From the NCBI RefSeq assembly GCF_009914755.1, contig NC_060947.1: a stretch of 64,000 bases of DNA. One strand, 5' to 3'. The notes beneath the pieces are model-generated. The model did not search any database. It saw only the letters and a program-made list of their open reading frames with translations, and was not told the DNA's origin. This stretch comes from the human T2T-CHM13v2.0 reference genome, Homo sapiens. This document shows positions 18,443-33,689 of the stretch, piece after piece (position 1 is the first letter of the stretch; each line of letters begins with the position of its first letter). A program made the position numbers and the translations under genes.

Positions 18443-18773
<331 letters not shown>

Positions 18774-19059
18774 TTAATTTCTTAAGTCTTTGAAAAAACA
18801 TGCTGCCTAAATTGCTGCGTTTAAGTTTCTATCACCTAGTTACTCAGTTTCTGAAGACAGGTAAAATACTTTAGTCAATAGGCTAGAACCCAAGGAGAAA
18901 TATACTGTTTATACCTTTTGGGGAGGATTTTCCTCAGCTTGAGGCTTCCTATGGTTTGTAACTTTTCCCTCTAGTTTAGCCTTGAACACATTTAAAGAGT
19001 GTTCCTTGTAAGCCAGATGATATTCTAGGTAATATGGATACAAGACCCATGATAGATGA

Positions 19060-20090
19060 TAGCTGCAATTTAGCAAGTATCTAATATATACGAGATACTA
19101 GAAGCCAGAAATTCTATACATTATCTCATTTATGTTTCCCCCAAATCCCTCACAGCAACTGAAGTTATCTTTGTGTAAAACCTGAGGAAACTGAATGATG
19201 TATAAAGTGATTTAAGGGTCAGGGTCAGGACTGAAATTCAGTTGTATTCTATCTGACTTTAAATGCAATGTTATTTTCACTACATGTATGGGTTAATAAT
19301 GCTCATTCATGTTTTGTTTTTATTGTCTTTACTAAAGCTGAAAATATAAGAGGTTTGTGAGACCTTTTGTCAAAGATGTAGAATTGTTGGATGCCAAATA
19401 GGTTAATGTTTTATTCCTGGTTCTTTTTTTTCCTACTGAGAAATACCCCTCTCAGTTTCTCAAGCTTGTATAAGCTTTTTATGTTTGTCTCCTACTTACA
19501 AGATGGGTACACTAAATCAGATATTTAATTTTTGAGCCTTGGCTTTCTTACAGCTAAGATGAGGATGCTAGATTGACTTTGAAGGATGGTTGGAAGGATA
19601 TAATGTAATAATGTGTAGAGTGCTTTAAAATTATTAATAATAGTGATAATGATACCATTTATTGGAGACATGTATATGTTTATATTGATATTAATGTAGG
19701 TAATATCAATATCTCTGCTTTACTTCGTAGTATTAGTTATATGTGTTTTCCTTGTTTTATCTATTCCTAGAATTGTTCTGAGTTTTACATGTTTCATCTC
19801 ATTTTATCTTACAGCAGCCCTATAAAAAGGAGAAATTATTAGTGTCCTCATTTTACAGATGAAGGAATTTAGACACAAAAATCTTTAGGAAACATTTCCA
19901 AAGTCACATAGCTAAGATAATATACGAACTGGGACTTTAACCCAGGCCCTATGATTTCAGAGGAAGTGATCTTATTTATTACACAGAAGAGGAAACAGGA
20001 GGCTGAACAGGGTCTCTCAGCTATGAAGTGAAGTGATAAGGATTCAAACCCAGGTCTGTCTGACTCCAAATCCTATTGCTTCTAATTAAC
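19060..20090. mobile_element. Cluster of MIR relics in both orientations
   Basis: ATTATCTCATTT...GAGGAAACTGAA (19120-19200); CATTTTACAGATGAAGGAA...AAAGTCACATAGCTAAG (19850-19920); GGATTCAAACCCAGGTCTGTCTGACTCCAAA (20040-20070). Confidence 0.65.
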
Positions 20091-20179
20091 TCTCTTCCCT
20101 TGTTCTTCTGCCTCACTTAGTGCTCAGTGAAGCAAAGTACCTTCTCCTACTTTGCTCCATTGACACTCTACAATGAGAA

Positions 20180-20600
20180 TAAATTTATTAAGCATGTATT
20201 GTGAACTATACTGTATGCACTGGTGTTAGATGAATCAGATACATTCCATGCTCTCAGGGAGCTCCTAGCTTAGTACAAGAGACAAACAAATGTTAACAGA
20301 GAATTTCAGTAGAAGAAAACAAAGGAAGGCTTTCTGGAATAGGTGACCCCTGATCTGGGTCCTGAAGGAGAACTAGAAATTAATCAGAGGAAGGATGTTG
20401 AGTAAGTATTACAATGGTCCACGCAGTACGAACCCCATGAGCAATAGAACAGAAAAACACACAGGAACACTGTGGACAGAGGGTATAAACACTACACTAA
20501 CTGGAGAGAGTAAGTTTTTAATAGAGGAGTGAGAGGAGGAGCATGAGTTTGAAAAGGTAAGCATGTCATGGAGAACATTCACAGCCATGCTAAAAACTGC
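20180..20600 (-). mobile_element. L2 relic
   Basis: ATTTATTAAGCA...CTCTCAGGGAGCTC...GGAAGGCTTTCTGGAATAGGTGAC...CTGAAGGA pattern. Confidence 0.55.
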
Positions 20601-21479
20601 AAAAAAAATTTATTTGTCTTGGCACCCTGCCCCATCCTGCTTTCTTTGCATAATGTCACTGGAATAACACAGTAATGAAAGAGAATAATCTAGCCTGCAG
20701 ATTCTTTGAATATTTGATTAGCCTATGCTATTTCCTGATAACATGCAATCAACAATGTTTCATATCATTGTATCTCAAAGAAGTTATTTACAGTTTTCTT
20801 CCACTTTAGTCCTACCACGATTATCAACATAACACCTATATGTCATAATAATTGGGAGAGGTGATTACCAGGACAGATGGAAGGAAACAGCTTACAAAAG
20901 TGGCCTTTCACTGGCTTTCTCCCCTCTCCCCACTTTAGGTGTCTGTACTCAAAGATTTCTTGGACCATTTATATCCTGAGATGAACAGCATTGGCCATAC
21001 AGCATTTTAAAGATCTCATCTGAGAAACCCATTGATATTGGTGCCAGGAATGCTAAGCAGATCTTTTGTGACCTCTTCAGCATCCAGCATTAGAGTGAAA
21101 CTCAAGATTTATATGTCAGGTTTGGCAAAATCATAACATGCCACTCTCAAGAGTCCCTCTTGTACCCATGCCAGTCATTAACAATTGATCACAGCATTCT
21201 TTTTCTCTGAGAACAAACTTGACTTTGTGATATTTAAACAGAGTGGGCTTGGTCACCTCCCCAATTGATAAGCTAGACACACAAAATGAAATGTTCATGT
21301 AGTCTAAGCAAAGATTCTACTTAACAAAATAATCTGCTATATTGTTAGCTCTTCAAAGGCTGTGGTCTGTTTCTATCTTGTTCACCTATGTAATCCGCAT
21401 TGACTAGGACATTGCATTGTTGCACAAAATGCATAATTATTTTTTGTTAAACTAACAAATACATAATTAAAAATATAAA

Positions 21480-22160
21480 TAAGAATGAACATCCCAGAAT
21501 AACAGAGTAAGAAGCTCAGCAAATTCTCTCTCAAGCAAACCAGCAATAAAACTGGAAAAATTACTGGAAACAACCATTTCAAGTGTGAAAAATGATCAAA
21601 TGGCATAAAGCAAATTCAGGAGCATTTATTCAAGAAAAATTAGTGATTCCTAATAAGAAAAGTTGGAGTCTATGATATTTAAGCTGGGATCTGTTTTCCC
21701 CTCCGCTTCTCAGATACAGCTTTGAGGTACAAAACTTTCACACTGGGTAGGGCAAGGCAGACCTTAAAGACTGACAACTCCCATTCTTTCCAGACCCATG
21801 TTACACAGCATCTGTTGTGGGCAAGTAGAGAATACTGCTACATCCAACAGCTTCCATTACCTGTGGCACCTTATTGTGGAAGTTCTAAACAAGGTCATGG
21901 CTGGTCATAAGAACTTGCAGCTCTTCAACCCTGCCCAAGAGAGGCTGATTTTACATGAAGCAGAATATGGAAGATCTTAGATACAAAAAATTCCCTGAAA
22001 GCTAAAATTTCAGTGATACTAACAAAATTCACAGCAACGTACCCCAGAGGTAGAGAAAAATCAGAATCAAGAGTTGATAAAATATATTAACTAAAGCATC
22101 TAGTTTTCAACAAAAATTTATGAGGCATACAAGTAAAAAAGGAAAATGAGACCCACAAAC
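21480..22160 (+). mobile_element. Old L1M 5' region, element G part 1 (resumes ~33690)
   Basis: Ends CTAGTTTTCAACAAAAATTTATGAGGCATACAAG...AAAATGAGACCCA, typical just before old-L1 ORF1. Confidence 0.55.
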
Positions 22161-22177
22161 AACAATGCCCACCTCTG

Positions 22178-22585
22178 CCACTTGTAGCCAGCAGGCCATG
22201 CCTGCTAGAGCTTCCAGCCCAGCAGTTCCTCTTCTTTCTGAACTCTGCCAGTGGACACAGCCTCCTGTTATCCAGGGAAACAGAAAAACTGCAGGATAGG
22301 TGATTCCACAACCCCCACCACCACTCATAGCCAGGCAGCTAGAACTTCCAGCCCAGCAGTCCCACTTCTGTCTGAACTCTGATGGCAGGAACAGCCTCTA
22401 GAATATAACCCAACAGCAGGTCAGGCAACTGCACCCAAACCCGCCACTCATAGCCAGGAAATCCATGTCTGATAGAGCTTCCAGCCCAGCATTCCCACAT
22501 CTGCCTGAACTCTGTGTGTGGCCACAACTTCTTGAACCCCCGGAAAGCACCTAGACAGGGGATTAAGTGACCCCACCCCATCCCA
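22178..22585 (+). repeat. Three degenerate ~120-140 bp tandem units in element H 5'UTR
   Basis: CCACTCATAGCCAGG...TAGAGCTTCCAGCCCAGCAG...CTGAACTCTG recurs at ~22178, 22321, 22444. Confidence 0.85.
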
Positions 22586-25500
22586 CAGCTCTTAGATGAT
22601 CAGGACTTGGTGGTGGCCAAGCAAGGGTGAGCCCTCGTTCTCAGATCACTGAGAGAAGTGGAGATACCCAGGTTCATGGGCTGGCAGAGGATTGGGGTGT
22701 GCCTTGTTCCACAGGGCCAGCCTGGCAAGGATATGACCTGTCTACTAAATGTGGTCCCTGCCTGAGGGAGCCCATGGACCAGAACACCTAACAAAAGAAG
22801 TGAGGGCATGGAACCAGTGATCGAAGGGGGCTCCTCCAAGGCCCAGGAGCCATCTAGGTGAGCGAGTCACCTCTCTCCCCCACACCACAGAGGACTACTG
22901 TCATCTTGGCCAGAACACCGAAGAGCCCTGAAAGAGAGTAGGAAGAGCCTATCTGCCTGCTAGCACTCTTAAGCGCCACCTGCTGGATCTCAGGTCAAAA
23001 TGCAAACCTAAAATATTTTGCAAGTATGTATCACCTGTGAAAACTAAGGAAAAGATCCAGCCAGAAATAAACATTCTGTACAAAGTCATGACCCTTTGAA
23101 ATATACCCAGAAACAAAGCCAGCTGACTATCCTCAACTTATCTCACGGGTGAAGAAACATCAACCCTTACACATGAGAAAGAATGAATCCAAGAACTGGC
23201 AACTCAAAAAGCCAGTGTTTGCCCTTACCTATAAACGTACACATTAGCCTCCCAGAAATGGTTCTTAACCAGAGTGAGCTGACTGTGGACATAGAATTCA
23301 GAAGTTGGATGACAAGGAAGCTCAGTGAGAATGAGGAGAAAGTTGAAACATAATCCAAGGAATCCAATAAAACAATTCAGTAGCTGAAAGATAAAATATC
23401 CATTTTAAGAAAGAACCAAATTAAATTTTTGGAACTGAAAAATTTACTTCCAGATCTCCACAATAGAATCTGAAGCATCAGCAGCAGAAAAATTAAGATG
23501 AAGAAAGAATCTCTGAGCTGGAAGACCAGCTTATACAATCAACTCAGTCAGACAAAAATAAAGAAAAAAGAATTTTTGAAAACGAAAAAATCCTTTGAGA
23601 AATATGGGATTATGTAAAGATACCAAATGTATGACTCATGGTGTTTTCAAAAGAAAAGGAGAGAGAGTAACTTGTAAAACATATTTGAGGATATAGTCCA
23701 TGAAAATTTCCCCAAACGTCCCAGGGAGGAGGACATACAAATTCAATAAATACACAAACCCCCTGTAGATACTACACAAGATGACAAACCGGAAGGTACA
23801 TAGTCATCAGATTCACCAAGATCAACTCAAAAGAAAAACTCTTAAAAGTAGTTAAAGAGAAAAATCAGGTTACCTACAAAGTAAACCCCACCAGACTCTC
23901 TGTAAGAACTCTCTGTAAGAAACCTACAAGTGAGAAGAGATTGGGGGCCTATTTTCAATATTGTTACAGTGAAGAATTTTCAACCAAGAATATCATATTC
24001 CATGAAACTAAACTTCATAAGCAAACGAGAAATAAAATTCTTCCCAGACAAGCAAGTACTAAAGGAATTTATTATTACCAGACCACCCTTACCCGAGTTC
24101 TTTAAGAGAGTGCTAAATATGAAAATAAAGGACCAAAACTTGCTACCTCAAAAATCCACTCAAGCACATGGCCCATAAACAATATAAAGCAGCTATGCAG
24201 TCAAGTCTAAAAAACAGTCAACAACATGATGACAGGATCAAAATCTCATAAATTAATACTAACCCTGAATGTAAAGGGTCTAAATGTACCACTTAAAATG
24301 CATAGAGTGGCAAGCTAGATAAAAAGATAAAACCCAACAATCTACTGTCTTCAAGAGACCCATTTCAACTGCAATGACACCCACAAGTTCAAAGTAAAAG
24401 GATGGAGAAAGATCTATCAAGCAAATAGAAAACAACAACAACAAAAGATCAGGAGTCATTATTCTTACATTAGATTAACAAATTTTAAACCAGCAACGGT
24501 CATAAAAGACAAAGAAGGGTAATACTTAATAATAAAGAGTTCAATTCAACAGGAAGTCTTAACTATCCTAAACATATACACACCCAATGTAGAAGTACCT
24601 GGATTCATAAAGGAAGTTCTTCCTAACCAATGGAAAGATTTAGACAGCCACAAATAATAACGGGGGATTTTAACATCCCACTCACTGAGTTAGACAGATC
24701 ACTGAGGCAGAAAACTAACAAAGAAATTCTGGATTGAAACTTGACATTTGATCAATTGGACCCAATCAACCTCTACAGAGTACTCCACACAACAACCACA
24801 GAATATATATTTTTCTCATCCATACACAGAACATATTCTAAGGTCCACCACATCCTTGGACATAAAGCAAATCACAATAAATTCAAAGAAATCAAAACCA
24901 TACCAAGCAAACTCTCAGACCATAGTGCAATAAAAGCAGAAATCAATACCAAGATCTCTCAAAACTACCAGAAAATGGAAATTAAACAACTTTCTCCTGA
25001 ATAACTCTTGGGCAAAAAACAAAATTAAGACAGTAATTAAAAATTACTTTGAAATTAATGAAATAGGAGACACAGCTTACCAAATCTTTGAGATGCAGTT
25101 AAAGCAGTGGTAAGAGACAAATTTGTAGTGCTAAACACCTTCATCAAGAGGTTAGAAAGATGTCAAATTAACAACCTAAAGACAGTCAGATAAACAAGAA
25201 AAAAGAACATCCAACTCCGAATAAAGTAGAAGAAAATAAACAACTAAATCAGAGAACTGAGCTGAATTCAGACCTAAAAGACCATACAAAACATCAATGA
25301 AAACAAGTGTTGCTCCTTCAAAAGAATAAACAAGATTGATATACCATTAGCTAAACTAACAAGGAATAATAAAAAATAAAGATCCAAATGAGCACAATGA
25401 GAAATGACAAAGATGATATTACAACTGATTCCACAGAAATAGAATAGTTCCTTAGAGACTATACAGAACACCTTTGTGAACACAAGTTAGAAAATATAGA

Positions 25501-27140
25501 TACAATGGATAAATTCCTAGAAACACACAACCTCCCAAGATAGAATCAGGGATAAAAGTGAAGACATGAACAGATAAATAACAAGTTCAGAAATTGAATC
25601 ACTAATAAAAAAACTTACCAACAAAAAAGAGCCCAGGACCATGGATTCACGGCCAAATTCTACCAGACATATAAGGAAAAACTGATACCAATCCTACTCA
25701 CACTTTCCCAAGAAAATCGAAGAAGAGTCTTCTCCCTAATGCATTCTATGAATCCAGCAGCATTCTGATACAAAAATCTGGCAGAGACAAAATGTAAAGT
25801 AAAATAAAAAAAAATTCAAGTCAATATCCCTGATGAACATGGATGCAAAAATTCTCAACAAGATAATAGCAAACTAAATCCACCAGCATATCAAAAAGTT
25901 AATCCAACACAGTCATGCAAGTTTTATTTCTGGGATGCAAGGTTGATTCACCATACAGAAATCAATAAATGTGATTCACCAAATAAACAGAATCAAAAGC
26001 AAAAACTACATGATCATCTCAATAGATACACAAAAAGCCTATAATATAATCCAACATCCCTTAATGACAAAAGCCCTCAACAGATTAAGCATTAAAGTAG
26101 CATACCTAAAAATAGTAAAAGCCATCTACGACAAACCCACAGCCAACGTAATACTGAATGAGCAAAAACTGGAACGGTTCCCCTTGGGAACTGGAACAAG
26201 ACAAGTATGCCCACTTTCACCGCTCCTATTCAATATAGTACTGGATGTGCTAGCCAGCGCAATGAAGAAAGGGAATAAATAAAAGGCACCCAAATAAAAA
26301 GAGAGAAAAATCAAACTCTCTCTCTTTACTGATATGATTCAATACCTAGAAAACCCTAAAGACTCTGCTAAGTCTCCTGGAACTGATAAATGAATTCACT
26401 AAAATTTTAATATACTAAACCAATGTACAAAAATCCTAACATTTTTATACACCAATATTGTTCTAGGTGAGAATCAAATGAAGAACAGAATTCCATTTAC
26501 AATAGCCACAAAAAAAAAAAAAAAGGAATACCTAGGAACCCATCTAACCAATGAGGTAAAGATCTTTACAAGCAGAACTGCAAAACACAGCTAAAAGAAA
26601 TCAGAGGTAACACAAATAAATGGGAAAATATTTCATGCTCATATATTGGAAGAATCCACATAGTTAAAATGGCCATACTGCCCAAAGCAATTTACAGATT
26701 CAACACTACTCCTATCAAAATATTAATGCCATTTTTACAAAATTTGACAAAATTATTTTTAAATTCATTTGGAACAAAAAAAGAACCTCAACAGCTAAAG
26801 CAATATTAATCAAAAAGAGCCAATACAGAAGCATCACATTGCCCAACTTCCAAATGTACTATAAGGCTACAATAATCAAAACAGCATGGTACTGCTGCAA
26901 AAAAAGACACATAGACCAAGGAAACAGAATTGAGAACCCAGAAATAAACCTGCCACCTACAACCATCTGATCTTCAACAAAATGAGCAAAAGTAAGCAAT
27001 GGAGGAAAGGACTCTCTATTCAATAAATGGTACTATAATAGTTTGCCTGCCGTATGCAGAAGAATGAAACTGGATCTCTACCTGTCACCATATATGAAAA
27101 CTAAGTTAAAGTAGATTAAATATTTAAATGTAAGACCTCA

Positions 27141-27320
<180 letters not shown>

Positions 27321-27339
27321 CTAGAAGAAAACCTAGGAA

Positions 27340-30300
27340 GATGGATGTCGAGATGGCTGAATAGGAATAGCAGCTTCAGTCTGCAGTTCCCAGTGAGATC
27401 AACGCAGAAGGGGAGTGACTTCTGCATTTGCAATTGAGGTAACCTAATCATCTCGCTGGGACTGGTTAGGCAGTGGGTGCAGACCATGGAGGGCGAGCAG
27501 AAGCAGTGTTGGGCATTGCCTTACCCGGGAAGTGCAAGGAGTGGGGGCCTCCGTTCCCTAGCCAAGGGAAGCCCTGAGAGACTGGGCTATCCAGCCCATT
27601 TACTATGCTTTCCCCACAGGTTTGCAATCCAAAGAACAGGAGATTCCCTCTTGTGCCTACACCACCAGGGACCTGGGTTTGAAACACAAAACTGGGAGGC
27701 TGTTTGGGCAGTCACTGTGCTAGCTGCAAGAGTTGTTTTCTTGTTGTTTCCCAGTGGCGCCTGGAACTCCACCAAGACAGAACCATTCACTCCCCTGGAA
27801 AGAGGGAAAGGGGGCTGAAGCCAGAGAGCCAAGTGGTCTCGCTCAGTGGTTCCCACTCCCATGGAGACAAGCAAGCTAAGAACCACTGGCTTGAAATTCT
27901 CACAGCCAGCACAGTACTCTGAAGTCAACCTGGGACGATCTAGCTTGGTGGGGGGAGGGGCATCCGCCATTACTGAGGCTTGACTAGGCAGTTTTCCCCT
28001 GAGAGTGCTAACAAGGCCTGAAAGTACAGGCTGAAGGGAAATCAACACAGCATGGCAAAAGCAGCTGTGGCCAGACTGCCTCTCTAGATTCCTCCTCACT
28101 GGGCAGGGCATCTCTGAAAGAAAGGCAGCAGCCCCAGGCAGGGGCTTATAGATAAATCTTTCATCTCCCTGGGGCAGAGCACCTGGGGGGAAAGGGTGGC
28201 TGTGGGCACAGCTTCAGTGAACTTAAACATTTCTGCCTGATGGCTCTGAGGAGAGCAGCAGATCCTGACAAGGGGGTTTCTCCCAGCACAGTGGTCAAGC
28301 TCTGCTAAGGAAGAGACTGCCTCCTCAAGTGGGTCTCTAAACCTTGTGCCTCGTGACTGGGATAGACCTCTCAACAGGGATTGACAGACACCTCATACAG
28401 GAGAGCTCTGGCTGGCATAAAGCCAGTGCCCCTCTGGGATTAAGCTTCCAGAGGAAGAAGCAGGCAGCAATCTTTGCTGTTCTGCAGCCTCTGCTGGTGA
28501 TACCCAGACAAATAGGTTCTGGAGTGGACCTCCAACAAACTTCAGCAGACCTGCGGAAGAGGGGCCTGTCTGCTAAAAGACAAACTAACAAAAAGAAAGC
28601 AACAACATCAACATCAGCATAAAGAAACCCTTACAAAACCCCATCCAAAGGTCACCAGCCTCAAAGATCAAAGGTAGATAAATCCACTACAATGAAGAAA
28701 AAACAGCACAACAATGCTGAAACTTCCAAAAACAAGAATGCCTCTTCTCCCCCAAGTGATCACAAATCCTCTCCAGCAAGGGCACAAAAATGCATGCAGA
28801 ATGAGTTTGACGAATTGACAGAAGTAGGCTTCAGAACGTGGGTGATAAAAAACTCATCTAAGCTAAAGAAGTGTGTTCTAAACCAATGCAAGGAAGGCGT
28901 GAAGACAAGATTAGAGAAAAAAGAATGAAAAGGAATGAAAAAAGCCTTCAAGAAATATGGGACTATATGAAAAGAATGAACCTACGATGGATTGGGGTCC
29001 CTGAAAGTGATGAGGAGAATGGAACCAAGTTGGACAACACACTTCAGGATATTACCCAGGAAAACTTCCCCAACCTAGCAAGACACACGAACATTCAAAT
29101 TCAGGAAATACTGAGAATACCACTAAGGTACTCCTCAAGAAGAGCAACCCCAAGACAGGTAATCCTCAGATTCTCCAAAGTTGAAAGGCTGGAATAAATG
29201 TTAAGGGCAGCTAGAGAGAAAGGTCAGGTTACCTACAAAGGGAAACCCGCCAGACTAATAGCAGATGTCTCTGCAGAAACCCTACAAGCCAGAAGAGAGT
29301 GGGGGCCAGTATTCTCAAAGAAAAGAATTTTTAACTCAGAATTTCTTATCCAGCCAAACTAAGCTTCATAAGCAAATGAGAAATAAAATCCTTTCCAGAC
29401 AAGCAAATGCTCAGGGATTTTGTCACTACCAGGCCTGCCTTACAAGAGATCCTGAAGAAATCACTAAATATGGAAAGGAAAAACTGGTACTAGCCACTGC
29501 AAAAATACACCAAAATATAAAGACCAATGACACTATGAAGAAACAGCATCAACTAACGTGCAAAATAACTAGCTAGCATCATGATGACAGAATCAATTTC
29601 ACACACAACAATATTAACCTTAAATGTAAATGGGCTAAATGCCCCAATTAAAAGACACAAACTGGTAAATTGGATAAAGAGTCGAGACCCATCATTGTGC
29701 TGTATTCAGGGGACCCACCTCACGTGCAAAGACGCACATAGGCTCAAAATAAAGGGATGGGGGAATATTTACCAAATAAATGGAAAGCAAAGGAAAACAG
29801 GGGTTTCAATCCTAGTCTCTGATAAAACAGACTGCAAACCAACAATGACCAAAAAAGACAAGAAGGGCATTACATAATGGTAAAATGATCAATGTAAAAA
29901 GAAGAGCTAACTATCCTAAACATACATGCACCCAATACAGGAGCACCAGATTAATAAAAAAAAAAAAGTTCTCAGAGATCTACAAAAAGACTTAGACTCC
30001 CACACAATAATAGTGGGAGACTTTAACACCCAACTGTCAATATTAGATGGATCAATGAGGCAGAAATGTAGCAAGGATATTCAGGACTTGAACTCAGCTC
30101 TGAACCAAGCAAACCTAATAGACATCTGCAGAACTCTCTACCCCAAATCAGCAGAATACATTCTTCCTAACACCACGTAGCACTTATTCTAAAATTGACC
30201 ACATAGTTGGAAGTAAAACACTCCTCAGCAAATGCAAAAGATTGGAAATCATAACAAAGTCTCACAGAACACAGTGCAATCAAATTAGAACTCAGGATTA

Positions 30301-33250
30301 AGAAACTCACTCAAAACCACACAACTACATGGAAACTCAACAACCTGCTCCTGAATGACTACTGGGTAAATAACAAAATTAAGGCAGAAATAAATAAGTT
30401 CTTTGAAACCAATGAGAACCAAGACAGAACATACCAGAATCTCTGGGACACAGCTGAAGCAGTGTTAAGAGGGACATTTATAGCACTAAATGCCAAAATC
30501 AGAAAGGGAGAAAGATCTAAAATCAACACCCTAACATCACAATTATAAGAACTACAGAAGAAAGAGCAGACAAATTCAAAGGCAATCAGAAGACACAAAA
30601 TAAGATCAGAGCAGAATTGAAGGAGATAAAGACTCAAAAAAACTTTAAAAAAAATCAATGAATACAGGAGCTGGTTTTTCAAAAAGATTAACAAAATACA
30701 TAGACCACTTGCCAGACTAATAAAGAAGAAAAGAGAGAAGAATCAAATAGACACAATAAAAAATGATAAAGGGAATGTCACCACTGATCCCACAGAAATA
30801 CAAACTACCATCAGAGAATACTATAAACACCTCTATGCAAATAAACTAGAAAATCTAGAAGAAGTGGATAAATTCCTGGACACATACACCCTCCCAAGGC
30901 TAAACCAGGAGGAAGTCACATCCCTGAATAGACCAATAACAAGTTCTGAAATTAAGGCAGTAATTAATAGCCTACAAAAAAAAAAAAAAAAAAAACCCAG
31001 GACCAGACGCATTCACATGAGGATTCTACCAGAGGTACAAAGAGCAGTTGGTACTATTCCTTCTGAAACGATTCCGAAGAATAGAAGAAGAGGGATTCCT
31101 CCCTAACTCATTTTATGAGGCCAGCATTGTCCTGATTCCATAACCGGGCAGAGACACAACAAAAACAGAAAATTTCAGGCCAGTATTCCTGATGAAAATG
31201 GATGCAAAATTTCTCAATAAAATACTGGCAAACCGAATCCACCTGCACATCAAAAAGCTTATCCATCACGATGAAGTCGGTTTCATAACTGGGATGCAAG
31301 GCTTGTTCAACATACGCAAATCAATAAACATAACCCATCACATAAAGAGAACCAGTGATAAAAAACACATGATTATCTCAATAGATGCAGAAAAAGCCTT
31401 CAATAAAATTAAACACCGCTTCATTCTAAAAACTCTAAATAAACTAGGTATTGATGGAACATATTTCAAAATAATAAGCACTATTTATGATAAACCCATA
31501 GCCAATATCATACCAAATAGGTAAAATCTGGAAGCATTCCCTCTAACAACCAACACAAGACAAGGATGCCGTCTCTCACCATTCCTATTCAACATAGTAT
31601 TGGAAGTTCTGGCCAGGCCAATCTGGCAGGAGAAAGAAATAAAGTCTATTCAAATAGGAAGAGAGGAAGTCAAATTGTCTCTGTATGCAGATGACATGAT
31701 TGTATATTTAGAAAACCCCATCATCTCAGCCCCAAAACTCTTTAAGGTGATAAGCAACTCCAGCAGTTTCATGATACAAAATCAGTGTGCAAAAATCACA
31801 AGCATTCCTATACACCAATAATAGACAAGCAGGGAGCCAAATCATGATTGAACTCCTATTCACAATTGCTACAAAGAAAATTTAAAAACCCAGGAATACA
31901 ACTTACAAGGGACGTGAAGGATCTCCTCAAGAAGAACTACAAACCACTGCTCAAGGAAATAAGAGAGGACACAAACAAATGAAAAAACATTCCATACTGA
32001 TGGATAGGAAGAATCAATATCATGAAAATGGCCATACCACCCAAAGTAATTTATAGATTCAATTCTATTCCCATCAAGGTATTAGTGACTCTCTTCACAG
32101 AACTAGAAAAAACTAATTTAAATTTTATATGAAACAAAAAAAGAGCCCATATAGCCAAGAAAACCCTAAGAAAAAAGACCAAAGCTGGAGGCATCATGCT
32201 ACCTGACTTTAAACTATATTACAAGACTACAGTAACCAAAACACCATAGTATTGGCACCAAAACAGATATATAGACCAATAGAACAGAACAGAGGCCTTA
32301 GAAGTAAGAACACACTTCTATAACCATCTGATCATCGACAAACCTGACAAAAACAAGCAATGAGGAAATAATTACCTATTTAATAAATGGTGCTGGGAAA
32401 ACTGGCTAAACAGACACTTCTCAAAAAAAGACATTTATCTGGCCAACAAACATGAAAAAAAGCTCATCATCACTGGTCATTAGAGAAATGCAAATCAAAA
32501 CCACAATGAGATACCATCTCACCCCAGTTAGAATGGTGATCATTAAAAAGTCTGGAAACAACAGTTGCTGGTCAGGATGTGGAGAAATAGGAATGCTTTT
32601 ACACTGATGGTGGAAGTGTAAATTATTTCAACCATTGTGGAAGGCAGTATGGCAATCCCTCAAGGATCTAGAACAAGAAATACCATTTGACCTAGCAATC
32701 ACAGTACAGGGAATATACCCAAAGGATTACAAATCATTCTACTATAAAGACAGATCCACACATATGTTTATTGCAGCACTATTTACACTAACAAAAACTT
32801 GGAATCAACCCAAATGCCCATCAATGATAGATTGGATAAAGAAAATGTTGCACATATACACCATAAAGTACTATGCAGCCATAAAAATGAATTAGTTCAT
32901 GATGTCCTTTGCAGGGACTTGGATGAAGCTGGAAACCATAATCCTCAGCCAACTAACACAGGAACAGAAAACCAAACACTGCATGTTTTTACTCAAAAGC
33001 GGGAGTTGAACAATAAGAAGACACACACACAGGGATGGGAACATCACATACCGTGGCCTATTATGGCATTGGGGGAAAGGGGAGCAAGAGCATTAGGACA
33101 AATACCTAATGTATGCGGGGCTTAAAACCTAAATGATGGGTTGATAGGTGCAGCAAACCACCATAGCAAATGTATACCTATGTAACAAACCTGCACATTC
33201 ATCACATGCATCCCAGAACTTAAAGAAAAATAAAAATAATTTTAAAAAGA
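27340..33250 (+). mobile_element. Near full-length L1PA8-like element B, inactive, two internal deletions
   Basis: Starts GATGGCTGAATAGGAA; ORF1 MKKKQHNNAETSKNKNAS; ORF2 MTESISHTTILTLNVNGLN; tail; TSD AAGAAAACCTAGGAA (27325-27339) / AAGAAAACCTAGTAA (33251-33265). Confidence 0.95.
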
Positions 33251-33689
33251 AAGAAAACCTAGTAAATACTTTTCTTGACATGGGTTTTGGCAAATAATTT
33301 ATGGCCAAGTTCCTAATAGCAATTGCAAAAAAAAAAAAAAAAAAAATTGACAAATGAGACCTAATTAAAGTAAAGGGCTTCTGTGCAATAAAATAAATTA
33401 CCAATAGAATCAACAAACAGTAACAGAATGGGAGAAAATATTTGCAAACTATACATCCAACAAAGGCCTACTATCCAGAACCTACAAAAAACTTAACAAA
33501 TCAACATGCAAAAAAGAAACCACCTGAACAACCACATGTTGGGTACTATGTTTATGACCTGGAAGATAGGATCACTAGAACCTCAAGCCACAACATCATA
33601 CAATTTACTCAAGTAACAAATCTACATGATGTATACCATTTAATATATAATAAAAGTTGAAATTAACAAAAAAAACAATGACAACAAAA

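Noticed and set aside
22178-22585. Repeat-spacer-like pattern (TAGAGCTTCCAGCCCAGCA x3)
   Set aside because: Degenerate tandem units at the 5' end of an old L1; the intervening sequence is also homologous.
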